From assembly GCA_964344635.1 (NCBI GenBank), contig CAYFOE010000002.1, positions 34,953-98,952 on the forward strand: a stretch of DNA of 64,000 bases, in the 5' to 3' direction. Source of the DNA: Candidatus Woesearchaeota archaeon. Lineage in GTDB: Archaea; Nanobdellota; Nanobdellia; SCGC-AAA011-G17; UBA489. The notes below the pieces were generated by a model. The model made no database searches. It was not told the DNA's origin and was given only the letters and a program-made list of their open reading frames with translations. The translations under genes and the position numbers were made by a program. Each line of letters starts with the position of its first letter. Position 1 is the stretch's first letter. Positions 1-8,694 of this stretch are shown piece after piece.

Positions 1-357
1 CTTAGGCCTATTTACAAGTTAGAGGTAACTGAGATTAAGGATTCTTCTAGGGGTGAGGAATCAAAGAAAATATTAAACTTACTTGAAAAAAGGGAGAATA
101 AGCACATAATTGTGCTTTCTGAGGAGGGTAAACAGTTTACCTCGTTAAGTTTTGCGAAAAAGTTCAAAAACCAAGAGAGGGATTTGGTTTTCATAATTGG
201 TGGGGCTGATGGAATAAATCAGGAAGTTAAGGATGCTTCGGATGAGGTCTTATCTCTTTCGGGAATGACTTTTTTGCATGATATGGCTAGGTTGTTTTTA
301 GTAGAGCAGATTTATAGGGCTCAAAAAATAAATCGTGGAGAGAGATACCACCGATGA
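1..357 (+). CDS. rlmH: 23S rRNA (pseudouridine-N3)-methyltransferase RlmH (SPOUT family). 5' end truncated by the window edge; frame 1 is open from position 1.
   Basis: Translation from nt 1 gives LRPIYKLEVTEI...LVFIIGGADGI...LSLSGMTFLHDMARLFLVEQIYRAQKINRGERYHR. The C-terminal HR and the IGG.DG motif are typical of RlmH/YbeA. Confidence 0.65.
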   Translation, partial: LRPIYKLEVTEIKDSSRGEESKKILNLLEKRENKHIIVLSEEGKQFTSLSFAKKFKNQERDLVFIIGGADGINQEVKDASDEVLSLSGMTFLHDMARLFLVEQIYRAQKINRGERYHR

Positions 358-989
358 TTGCTGAGCTTTTATTCCAGATGGTTACATTTCTTGTAATCAC
401 TATTGGTTCTTGGGGGTATATTGGTATAGTTTTACTGATGATGATTGAGAGTACTTTCATTCCGTTTCCAAGTGAACTGGTGCTTATTCCTGCTGGTGTT
501 TTGATTGCTAAGGGTGAGATGAGTTGGGCGGGTGTGATACTTTATGCTACGTTTGGTTCGTGGTTGGGTGCGACAATTAATTATTTGCTTGCTAGAGAGT
601 TGGGGAAGAGGATGACGAATAGATTCTTGTTAGATCACAAGAGGGTTTTTTTCATAAGTAAAAATAATTTGTTAAAGGCTGAAAAGTATTTTAAAAAACA
701 TGGTGATATCACTATCTTTATTGGTCGTTTGATTCCTGTGATTAGGCAGCTGATATCTCTTCCGGCAGGGTTTGCAAGGATGAATTTCTTTAAATTTTCA
801 TTGTTTACAAGTTTCGGAGCATTAGTGTGGATTGTAGTTTTAGCTTATTTGGGGTACTTCTACGACACTAATTTAGAGTTGCTTCATCAGAATATAAAGG
901 CTTTAACTTGGATTGTTTTGGGCTTTGTAAGCCTTCTTGTGTTGATTTATGTGCTCTGGAGAAGGAAAGCTAATAATAACAAGACTTAA
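354..989 (+). CDS. DedA/TVP38 (SNARE-associated) family membrane protein
   Basis: Multi-TM ORF with the motif VLIPAGVLIAKGEMSWAGVILYATFGSWLGATINYLLARELGKR, typical of DedA. Start overlaps the rlmH stop (ATGA). Confidence 0.55.
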   Translation: MIAELLFQMVTFLVITIGSWGYIGIVLLMMIESTFIPFPSELVLIPAGVLIAKGEMSWAGVILYATFGSWLGATINYLLARELGKRMTNRFLLDHKRVFFISKNNLLKAEKYFKKHGDITIFIGRLIPVIRQLISLPAGFARMNFFKFSLFTSFGALVWIVVLAYLGYFYDTNLELLHQNIKALTWIVLGFVSLLVLIYVLWRRKANNNKT

Positions 990-1013
990 TAATTTCTAAG
1001 TACTTGTTATACC

Positions 1014-1412
1014 ATGCTAAATTTGACGGAGCAGGCTGCAAAATTAAAAATAAATAATATTTATAGGGATTACTTGATTCTTAGTTATTATAAGTCTGGA
1101 CTTTTAAGGAATACAAACTTGAATGATGAGAATTTGGTCAAACTTGAGGGTATTAAACAAAGAATTATTTTAGAAACAGGTGAATCTATTCAAAAGGTAA
1201 GGGAGATAACAGAAAAAAATATAGAAATTAAGGATTATATTGATCCATTAAAATCTTGTGCTGATTTAATTAATTCTGAATATTTTTATCAATTGAATGA
1301 GGTTATTTCTAAAGTCTTGGAGATTTATGAGTTATATCTAAAAAATATTAGGGATGATTTTCAGATAAGTCCTTTGGATCAGATGAAGTTGACTAAGATT
1401 GATTTTATTTAA
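1014..1412 (+). CDS. hypothetical protein
   Basis: 132-aa ORF with no recognisable motifs. Converges on, and overlaps by 4 nt, the minus-strand ORF 1409..1870. Confidence 0.3.
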   Translation: MLNLTEQAAKLKINNIYRDYLILSYYKSGLLRNTNLNDENLVKLEGIKQRIILETGESIQKVREITEKNIEIKDYIDPLKSCADLINSEYFYQLNEVISKVLEIYELYLKNIRDDFQISPLDQMKLTKIDFI

Positions 1413-1870
1413 AAAAATTCTTCATATCTAAAGTCTTTCAGATAGGTTTCCAGATCTGGGGGTCTCCATAATTCTATGTGATCTAATACGCCCAAAACGC
1501 TTGCACTTAGCTTTCTTTTGTTAGATTTAATTTTATCTCTATAAACTGCACTGTTTCCAAATATTGCGGCAACATGTTCGAGTGATAAACTAACTAGGTT
1601 GTTTTTAATAAGGTTTAAACTTTTAGAATTTCTTAAAACTCCTATGTCTCTTGGAAATTCTTTAGATATTGTCATAAAATGAATGCCTTCGGATGTCGTT
1701 CCTATACTTGCAACCATGCCAACTAAATCTTTAGCATCCATTCCGTGCGGTAGAACTGAAACGCTCCCAAAGCAGGGTATTTTTAGTAAGTAGCCTGAAT
1801 GTTTTTCTGAGAAAGTTAGTGTTCTTCTAAATTTTCCGCTATAAATTCCGGAAGTTTCTTCACCAATCAT
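1409..1870 (-). CDS. hypothetical protein
   Basis: 153-aa ORF with an ATG start. The GIY...GYL spacing weakly recalls GIY-YIG but is not convincing. Confidence 0.3.
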   Translation of the reverse strand: MIGEETSGIYSGKFRRTLTFSEKHSGYLLKIPCFGSVSVLPHGMDAKDLVGMVASIGTTSEGIHFMTISKEFPRDIGVLRNSKSLNLIKNNLVSLSLEHVAAIFGNSAVYRDKIKSNKRKLSASVLGVLDHIELWRPPDLETYLKDFRYEEFF

Positions 1871-2207
1871 GGTAGTTGTTTGATGCTAAGCCATATATAT
1901 AAGTATTACTATCTGCAAAGTTGTATGTGCTTCTTAGATTGTTTGACTGGTAATTCATGAAATTGTTTGGTCTTCCGTAGCTGTAGCTTCCGCAATTGCT
2001 GTAGGATCCGTAGTAGCCGTTACATCTGCCGTAGGAGTAATAGTTGCCGCCATACATATAAGGACTAGTGTGACTTCCATAATGGCCGTGAGTGTGGTAG
2101 TTGTGAGCTCCGTATGCAGACCAAAAGCCAAGGTATGCGCTAGCATCACTTGCTACGAATAGTGCAAAAATTGCTAACATTCCGATTAAGATTAATCCTT
2201 TTTTCAT
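1860..2207 (-). CDS. secreted low-complexity Tyr/Gly/Ser/Asn-rich protein
   Basis: N-terminal signal peptide MKKGLILIGMLAIFALFVASDASA, then YGSHTSPYMYGGNYYSYGRCNGYYGSYSNCGSYSYG. Composition resembles the C-terminus of the ORF at 48134..48559. Confidence 0.4.
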   Translation of the reverse strand: MKKGLILIGMLAIFALFVASDASAYLGFWSAYGAHNYHTHGHYGSHTSPYMYGGNYYSYGRCNGYYGSYSNCGSYSYGRPNNFMNYQSNNLRSTYNFADSNTYIYGLASNNYHDW

Positions 2208-2294
2208 GGTTTTAAGTCCTCAAATTATTATTTAAACCTTTCCATTGTAATCACTGTTTAGAGGTAAAATAAACACTGATTTAGCACCTCTAGA

Positions 2295-2316
2295 GTTTAA
2301 AAAACTATATAAATCG
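2295..2316 (+). promoter_or_regulatory. putative archaeal BRE/TATA element for thrS (leaderless transcript)
   Basis: The sequence gtTTAAAAAACTATATAAATC is centred about 30 nt upstream of the thrS ATG at 2337. No Shine-Dalgarno motif is present. Confidence 0.3.
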
Positions 2317-2336
2317 TCCAAAACTAGATAAAAAGA

Positions 2337-4064
2337 ATGGATAAGAACCAAATCAAAGATTACGCGTTAAAACATAGTACTTCTCATTTAATGGCTTCCG
2401 CAATTAAGGAATTATATCCTGACGTTAAAGTTACAATTGGCCCACCTACTGCTGAAGGTTTCTATTATGATTTTGACAATCTTAACATTTCTGAGCAAGA
2501 CTTTAAGAAAATTGAAAAAAAGATGAGGCAGATTGCAGAAAAAAACTTGCCTTTTGAAGTTAGAGAGCATCCAAAGGAAGAAGCTGAAAAAGAACTGAAA
2601 GACGAACCGTTCAAATTAGAAATTTTAAAAGATTTAGATGGTAAGATTACATTCTACACCCATGGAGACTTTACAGATTTATGTGAAGGTCCGCATGTTG
2701 ATTCAACAAAAGAGATTAGACATTTCAAATTAATGAAGGTTGCTGGAGCTTATTGGAGGGGAGACTCAAACAATAAGATGCTTACAAGAGTTTATGGTGT
2801 TGTATTCAAGACAGAAAAAGAGCTGAAAGACTATTTAGCATTTTTAGAAGAGGCTAAGAAAAGGGATCATAAAAAGCTGGGGAAAGACTTAGACTTGTTC
2901 ACATTCTCGGAACTAGTCGGTCCGGGTCTACCGCTTTGGACTCCGAGAGGGACAATGCTAAGGCAGATCTTGGATGATTTCATTTGGTCTATGAGAAAAG
3001 AAAAGGGTTACCAAAAGGTTGCAATTCCTCACATCACAAAAAAAGATCTTTATGAGAAAAGTGGGCATTGGTCTAAATTCAAGGATGATTTATTTCATGT
3101 AAAGACTAGAGAGAATCATGAATTTGTTATGAAGCCCATGAATTGTCCACACCACACTCAAATATTTGCGTCGAGATTAAGAAGTTACAAGGATATGCCG
3201 CAAAGGTATTCAGAAACTACTATGGTTTATAGGGATGAACAAAGTGGGGAATTACAAGGGCTTTCTAGAGTTAGGAGTATTAGTCAGGATGATGCACATG
3301 TTTTCTGTACAAAAGAGCAGGTTAATGATGAGATTAATGCCATCTGGGATATTATAGATAAATTCTATTCAAGTTTTGGTTTCCCTTTGCAAGTTAGGTT
3401 TTCAACTCACGATCCAGATAACTTTGATGCATATATGGGTTCAAAAGAAGCCTGGAGTAATGCTGAGGCTAAAATCTTAGAGGTTATCAAGAAGAGGGGT
3501 GTTGATTACATTGAGGGTGTTGGTGAAGCTGCATTCTATGGTCCTAAGATTGATTTTATGGCAAAAGATTCTCTAGATAGGGAATGGCAGGTTGCAACGA
3601 TACAATTAGATTTTAATCAGCCAGAAGGATTTAACCTAAACTTTACAAATGAAAAGGGAGAAAAAGAACGAGCAGTAATGATTCATGCTGCAATTACTGG
3701 GTCTTTAGAGAGATTCCTTAGTATTTTGATTGAACATGTTGCTGGAAACTTCCCTCTTTGGCTAAGCCCAGAACAGATAAGGGTTTTGACTGTTAATGAA
3801 AGTAATAAGGAGTATGCTGCAAAGGTATACGATGCACTTAAACGAGAAGGATTCAGGGTTAATTTGGATTCAAAGTCTAATTCAATAAGTAAGAAGGTAA
3901 AAGAATCACAATTGTTAAAGATTAATTATATGTTGACTATTGGGGACAAGGAAGTTGAGAATGAAACAATTTCTATTAGGTCAAGAACTGGGGATGTTAA
4001 GTTCGGAGTCAAATTGGAAGATTTCATAAAGCAGGTAAGGAAAAAGGTAGATGATAAAAAATGA
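2337..4064 (+). CDS. thrS: threonyl-tRNA synthetase, bacterial-type (N2 editing domain present, N1/TGS domain absent)
   Basis: N2 editing-domain residues: HSTSHLMASAIKELYP...GPPTAEGFYYDFD, FTDLCEGPHVDST. Class II core: HRDLGK-like KRDHKKLGKDLDLF, NCPHHTQIF. C-terminal anticodon-binding domain present. Confidence 0.9.
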   Translation: MDKNQIKDYALKHSTSHLMASAIKELYPDVKVTIGPPTAEGFYYDFDNLNISEQDFKKIEKKMRQIAEKNLPFEVREHPKEEAEKELKDEPFKLEILKDLDGKITFYTHGDFTDLCEGPHVDSTKEIRHFKLMKVAGAYWRGDSNNKMLTRVYGVVFKTEKELKDYLAFLEEAKKRDHKKLGKDLDLFTFSELVGPGLPLWTPRGTMLRQILDDFIWSMRKEKGYQKVAIPHITKKDLYEKSGHWSKFKDDLFHVKTRENHEFVMKPMNCPHHTQIFASRLRSYKDMPQRYSETTMVYRDEQSGELQGLSRVRSISQDDAHVFCTKEQVNDEINAIWDIIDKFYSSFGFPLQVRFSTHDPDNFDAYMGSKEAWSNAEAKILEVIKKRGVDYIEGVGEAAFYGPKIDFMAKDSLDREWQVATIQLDFNQPEGFNLNFTNEKGEKERAVMIHAAITGSLERFLSILIEHVAGNFPLWLSPEQIRVLTVNESNKEYAAKVYDALKREGFRVNLDSKSNSISKKVKESQLLKINYMLTIGDKEVENETISIRSRTGDVKFGVKLEDFIKQVRKKVDDKK

Positions 4065-4630
4065 TTAATCCGAAAAAAGATTTGCAAAGATTATTGGACT
4101 CAAAGGAGTTTAAAGAGTGGTTGGAAAAATATCCTAATACTTACTTATCAGATTTCTTCTGTATTTTAGATAAAGATTCTTCGGATGACAATATTTGGCA
4201 GATAGACTACTACAATCCTGAAACAGATAACATTACTTCCTTTGAACTTCCTGCAGATAAAAGGAAAAAATGCACACTGAAGGAAGCAGAGTCAAAGATT
4301 TTCAAACAAGATCATGAGAAGGTAAATGAGCTGCATCTTGAGAAAATAGACCTTAATGATCAGGATTCAATAGATAGGGCTAAGGAATTCTTAAAGGAAA
4401 AACATCCAGGGGAGACTCCAATAAAAACGATATTAATTTTACAACATAGTAAGGACTTCAAAAAACCAATCTGGAATTTAACATTTATGACTACTAGTTT
4501 CAATATGTTTAATGCAAAGATTGATGCAGGTAATGGTGATGTTTTAGAACATTCTCTAAAGAATGCAATGTCTCTAAAGAAAGAGATTCTTCCTGGGACA
4601 AAGAAGGACGATAAACCTTCTGCAAGTTAA
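4061..4630 (+). CDS. hypothetical protein, translationally coupled to thrS (ATGA overlap)
   Basis: 189-aa ORF with an ATG start overlapping the thrS stop. No recognisable motifs. Confidence 0.35.
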   Translation: MINPKKDLQRLLDSKEFKEWLEKYPNTYLSDFFCILDKDSSDDNIWQIDYYNPETDNITSFELPADKRKKCTLKEAESKIFKQDHEKVNELHLEKIDLNDQDSIDRAKEFLKEKHPGETPIKTILILQHSKDFKKPIWNLTFMTTSFNMFNAKIDAGNGDVLEHSLKNAMSLKKEILPGTKKDDKPSAS

Positions 4631-5271
4631 TTGCTTTTTGTTACTCCAGTTTTGGGGCATAGTTTAGAAATTGGACATTTGCTGCATTGGGGTTTCTGTG
4701 ATTTACAAATTGCACGCCCATGGTGCACTCCAAGAATGTTAAAGTGTGTCCAGTTTTTCTTAGCTAGGTTATTCATCAAGTCTTTTTCAATTATTATGGG
4801 GTCTTGGCTTTTTGTAAAACCTAGTCTGTAACTAATTCTCTTAACGTGAGTATCTACAGCGATACCTTCCACGTGTCCAAAGGCATGGTTCAGTACTACA
4901 TTTGCCGTCTTTCTTCCGACTCCTGCAAGTTTTGTTAGTTCTTCCATGGATTGAGGAACTTTTCCATCAAAATTGTCGACAAGTATCCTTCCGGTTTCTC
5001 TGATGTTTTTAGCTTTGTTTCTGTAAAATCCGGTTGATTTGATGTATTTTTCTAAGACTTTTTGTTTAACTTGAGCATAGTCTTCTGCTGTTTTGAAGTC
5101 TTTAAACAATTTTTTAGTTACAATGTTGACTCTTGCATCAGTGCATTGTGCGGATAATATGGTTGCGATTAGCATTTCTAGGGGATCCTTATAGTCTAGG
5201 GAAGAGTCTAATTCTTTATAATTTTTTAATAAAATCTTAATAATTTTATCTGAAACTTTTTTGTCAACCAT
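4627..5271 (-). CDS. nth: endonuclease III (HhH-GPD DNA glycosylase with a 4Fe-4S cluster)
   Basis: LIATILSAQCTDARVN, LAGVGRKTANVVL, and the C-terminal CKSQKPQCSKCPISKLCP cluster. The tabulated ORF starts at a TTG (5310); the first ATG is at 5271. Confidence 0.8.
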   Translation of the reverse strand: MVDKKVSDKIIKILLKNYKELDSSLDYKDPLEMLIATILSAQCTDARVNIVTKKLFKDFKTAEDYAQVKQKVLEKYIKSTGFYRNKAKNIRETGRILVDNFDGKVPQSMEELTKLAGVGRKTANVVLNHAFGHVEGIAVDTHVKRISYRLGFTKSQDPIIIEKDLMNNLAKKNWTHFNILGVHHGRAICKSQKPQCSKCPISKLCPKTGVTKSN

Positions 5272-5331
5272 ATTTTTAAGCCCTATAACATCATTTTTAA
5301 CTCTTTTCAAAAAACTTATATACTACAACCT

Positions 5332-5847
5332 ATGTATTACAGTATGCCTTCAGATGATAATTTTTTAAGAAGTTGTAAGAAAACACAAACTCTCAGAGAA
5401 TATCATGGCCTTTTAAGTTTTTTAGAAAAGTATCCTTCAGTGCCTTCAGATTTTTCTGCTAGAAAGGAAATGATAGTTTCTAGGTATGGCCCTACAATTA
5501 GAGATAGGTCTGTTGAAAGCATGAGCGAAAATCAGGTGTATAGTATTTCTAAAAGCATAGATCGTTGTGCAAGAAAAAAAATTGAAGAATTTGGATTAGA
5601 AAATGTTATTGCGCAAAACATTAATGATGTTTTAAGATTTGGTTCTCTGTTGAATGAAGCAATAAGGTATGGGGCTGTGCCTCCTAATAGAACTAAAGTA
5701 GTTCAAGCTGCACGGTTAGTTCCACATACAACCCCGCTTAGAGGTATAATCATGAGCATGTTGAAAGAAAGAAGGAGCTATTTCCCTCATGAGCTTCCAA
5801 AAGAATTGCCTAAGGAACCTAGCTTAGAGCAAGAATCTTTGTTTTAG
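5332..5847 (+). CDS. hypothetical protein
   Basis: 171-aa ORF, no motifs recognised. Confidence 0.3.
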   Translation: MYYSMPSDDNFLRSCKKTQTLREYHGLLSFLEKYPSVPSDFSARKEMIVSRYGPTIRDRSVESMSENQVYSISKSIDRCARKKIEEFGLENVIAQNINDVLRFGSLLNEAIRYGAVPPNRTKVVQAARLVPHTTPLRGIIMSMLKERRSYFPHELPKELPKEPSLEQESLF

Positions 5848-6037
5848 ATTTTAATCCCTTAACAATTTTGGCTTGTTTCTTAAATTTTTTAGAAAAAAAT
5901 TTGGTAATTTCTAGGTTGGCTTCATTATTCTCGGGCTTACCTTTTGCGTTTATCTCGAAATAATTTTCATCTTCAGAAGTAATTTCAGTTTTTCTACAAC
6001 CAGTTCGTTTAACTTTAACTTGAATAGTTTTTACCAT
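5819..6037 (-). CDS. small basic hypothetical protein, start-stop coupled (TAATG) to the upstream pilin-like gene
   Basis: 72-aa lysine-rich ORF. Its ATG overlaps the stop of 6037..7935. Confidence 0.25.
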   Translation of the reverse strand: MVKTIQVKVKRTGCRKTEITSEDENYFEINAKGKPENNEANLEITKFFSKKFKKQAKIVKGLKSKTKILALS

Positions 6038-7935
6038 TAAGTGTATCTTGCGTAATCACTGACTCTAACTTCGTCGATGTATCCTTTGAAGTGTTCGTTG
6101 TTTTGGACGTTTGATCCCATTATTAAATATGCTCCGCCTGTGTCTACATCTCCAGTTTGTCCTTTTGGCGAGTCTCCTATGATCGGTCCATTTAAGACTC
6201 CATCGACGTAAATTCTCATTTCAGTTCCATCATAAACTCCTGCAACATGGTACCAGGTATTTGCGCTTGGTAGTTGTGCACTTGTTGATTTCCATGATCC
6301 TCCCCCATTGGATGTATCTATAAAGAACACTACGTTGTCATCAACAACTGAAATTGCCCATTCGCCGTTCTTGAATACGGCTCTTTGTGTTCCAGTTAAT
6401 TTCTTAGGATAAATCCATGCCTCTACAGTTAATTGGTCGGTTATACCTGATCCATCGTAATTTATTACGACTTGATCGTCATTGCCGTTAAACTCTAGTG
6501 CTGATCCATATTTTCCTGTGACCCATTTGTTTAGGTATGTGACTGGATTGCTGATCATTGATAGTGCATCAATTCCCATTGCATAATCTCCTGTTTGTTG
6601 AAAGTTTAGTAGCATTACTATTTTTGCGAATTTGGTTCCTCTCCACCAGGCTCCATATGCTGTACCATACAAGTTTTCCCCTGTTGTGGTTCCATCATAT
6701 TCTTTCCAAGTATAAAGTGCATGATCAGGAGGTCCTTGATCATATGCTTCGTACATATATGATCCTGCTCCTTTGTGCTGTCTAACTTTTGTTCCTGCAA
6801 TGAAGTCTACGTTTGCTGTTCCTTCCAATACTAGCTCCCAATAACCTTGTCCTGAATAGTCTAGAATGTCTGTTATTTTAGTAGTTAAGTCCCTGTTAGG
6901 TAAATCTGCATAGGCTCCTGAATCATCGATGTCAAATGCTGCATAAACTGATGAGCCATCATTAAGCCAGTTAGTACCATCTACAATTCTTACTGTTGTG
7001 TCTGTGGACTGTACATCCGCATAGAGTGTTGTTTCTGTAACTGCAGTAGTTACAGGATTAATTTCTTCTGATCTAATTCTAATTTGGTTTTCATCAAATG
7101 GAACATAGCCAAAAAAGAATTTACTCTTTCCTTCGCTTCCGGTAGATACAAAATGGCCACTCAAGGTGTATGTCTTTGCTAGATCTACTGCTATAAATTC
7201 TTCGCTCCATACATCATAAGGTTGTCCTGCTTTGGTGAAGCAGTAATCTCCATCATAACATTTTGCAGGGTCATAAATTGCTCCATCAAAATTATTGAAA
7301 TTAAACATTGATCCCTCTTCAGCATCTCCATTATCTATTAATTCTCCTTGAGTGTTAAATGTTCCATCTAATTTGTTGCTGCTTGAATCTCCAATAGTGC
7401 TGCCGTCTCCTTCATCAAATTTGTATAAAACTACTGTGTTTCCATCGGAATGGTATCCATTTCCGCCTTGGCTTCCTCCAAAATTTTGGTTGGATCCAAT
7501 TTCAACAACTGCAGTAATGACTGCATCTTTCATGTGTTCGATTCCACCATTCAAAAAACTATAATTGATAGTGAGAGGTTCTTCAATTAGATCATCTGGG
7601 TTAAAGTTACAATCAGATAAAGTAAACAATCCTTCGGCACCGTTGTCCAATCTCATACTGTCTGAAGAAATTCCACAACTTGCACTGCCGATTGAAAAGG
7701 TTTCAACGTCTTTGCCTAAACTATTTCTTACACTCATACTTATTGAGTCTTCATATACTGCAAAGTCATCACAACTTAATCCTGGGCCTAAAAAGCATGC
7801 TTTTGCTGCAAATGCTTTTGTATCAAATCCTAGATAGGATGTTAGAGAGCTTAATGCAACTAGAATAACTATAAGGGCCCAGCCATAAGTCATTACAAAC
7901 TCCATAGCACCTTGACCTCTTTTCCCAAAAAGCAT
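6037..7935 (-). CDS. pilin-like surface protein: class III (DUF361-type) signal peptide plus a C-terminal laminin-G (LamG_3, ConA-like lectin) domain
   Basis: N-terminus MLFGKRGQGAMEFVMTYGWALIVILVAL (K/R-G-Q then AMEF and a hydrophobic helix). C-terminus GSALEFNGNDDQVVINYDGS...LTVEAWIYP...WYHVAGVYDGTEMRIYVDGVLNG...HFKGYIDEVRVSDYARY, a canonical LamG pattern. Confidence 0.65.
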   Translation of the reverse strand: MLFGKRGQGAMEFVMTYGWALIVILVALSSLTSYLGFDTKAFAAKACFLGPGLSCDDFAVYEDSISMSVRNSLGKDVETFSIGSASCGISSDSMRLDNGAEGLFTLSDCNFNPDDLIEEPLTINYSFLNGGIEHMKDAVITAVVEIGSNQNFGGSQGGNGYHSDGNTVVLYKFDEGDGSTIGDSSSNKLDGTFNTQGELIDNGDAEEGSMFNFNNFDGAIYDPAKCYDGDYCFTKAGQPYDVWSEEFIAVDLAKTYTLSGHFVSTGSEGKSKFFFGYVPFDENQIRIRSEEINPVTTAVTETTLYADVQSTDTTVRIVDGTNWLNDGSSVYAAFDIDDSGAYADLPNRDLTTKITDILDYSGQGYWELVLEGTANVDFIAGTKVRQHKGAGSYMYEAYDQGPPDHALYTWKEYDGTTTGENLYGTAYGAWWRGTKFAKIVMLLNFQQTGDYAMGIDALSMISNPVTYLNKWVTGKYGSALEFNGNDDQVVINYDGSGITDQLTVEAWIYPKKLTGTQRAVFKNGEWAISVVDDNVVFFIDTSNGGGSWKSTSAQLPSANTWYHVAGVYDGTEMRIYVDGVLNGPIIGDSPKGQTGDVDTGGAYLIMGSNVQNNEHFKGYIDEVRVSDYARYT

Positions 7936-7956
7936 ATTAAATTCTAAAAAAATAAC

Positions 7957-8682
7957 TTATTTAAATCTTTTTAAAAGGTCTTCTTCGACAAAATGTAGAT
8001 TTCCTGGAATAATGATGCATTGAGGTGTTAACTTAATGTCTAGATCTTTAACATTTCCAAATTTAATTTCGTAATTTTCACTTCCTAGTCCGCCGCAGGC
8101 AACAACTTCACCTTCGAATCCCATCTTCACTAGATAGTCCATGCCTTCTCTTGCAGTCATTAATTCAAATTCTCCGTCAGTGCTTCCGACATCTAATAAA
8201 ATTAGGGTATGTAGTCCTGCTTTGATGTTTTCTTGTAACATTTCGTAGGGACTCACTACATTTTCATTATTTCTGGGTATGGTTATTACTCTTCCAAATT
8301 TATACAAACTTAGCCCTACAACACCGACTGCACTTAGGATTCCTGCATTGTCAATAACTTTATTCTCTATTCCTAATTCTTTTGCACGTTGTAATATGTC
8401 TGAGTGTGTGGTTGCCCCTAAGGGACTTCCCACAATTAACAATGCTACATTGCTTTCTTTTGCTGGGTTTAACATTTCTTCTTCACATTTTTTTTCAACA
8501 ACGTCTCTGTCTGCAAGGGTTATTTTCTTGCCGTATAGTTCTTCCATTTTTTTAATATCAAAATCGACTAATTTGCTGGTATAACATTCTAAGAAAACTT
8601 TATCGCATGACTTGACTGCTTCTAAACCTTTGACGGTTATGTCTTTCTCGTCTCCCATTCCAATACCTATTAGATAAAACAT
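7957..8682 (-). CDS. dph5: diphthine synthase (diphthamide biosynthesis methyltransferase)
   Basis: MFYLIGIGMGDEKDITVKGLEAVKSCDKVFLECYTS, the tetrapyrrole-methylase-fold Dph5 N-terminus. Length 241 aa. Confidence 0.85.
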   Translation of the reverse strand: MFYLIGIGMGDEKDITVKGLEAVKSCDKVFLECYTSKLVDFDIKKMEELYGKKITLADRDVVEKKCEEEMLNPAKESNVALLIVGSPLGATTHSDILQRAKELGIENKVIDNAGILSAVGVVGLSLYKFGRVITIPRNNENVVSPYEMLQENIKAGLHTLILLDVGSTDGEFELMTAREGMDYLVKMGFEGEVVACGGLGSENYEIKFGNVKDLDIKLTPQCIIIPGNLHFVEEDLLKRFK

Positions 8683-8694
8683 ATTTTTATTACC

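Noticed and set aside
6558-7868. Several 60-90-aa plus-strand ORFs (6558..6785, 7352..7564, 7565..7837, 7680..7868) inside the pilin-like gene
   Set aside because: These are antisense shadow ORFs within a well-supported minus-strand CDS, with low-complexity translations.
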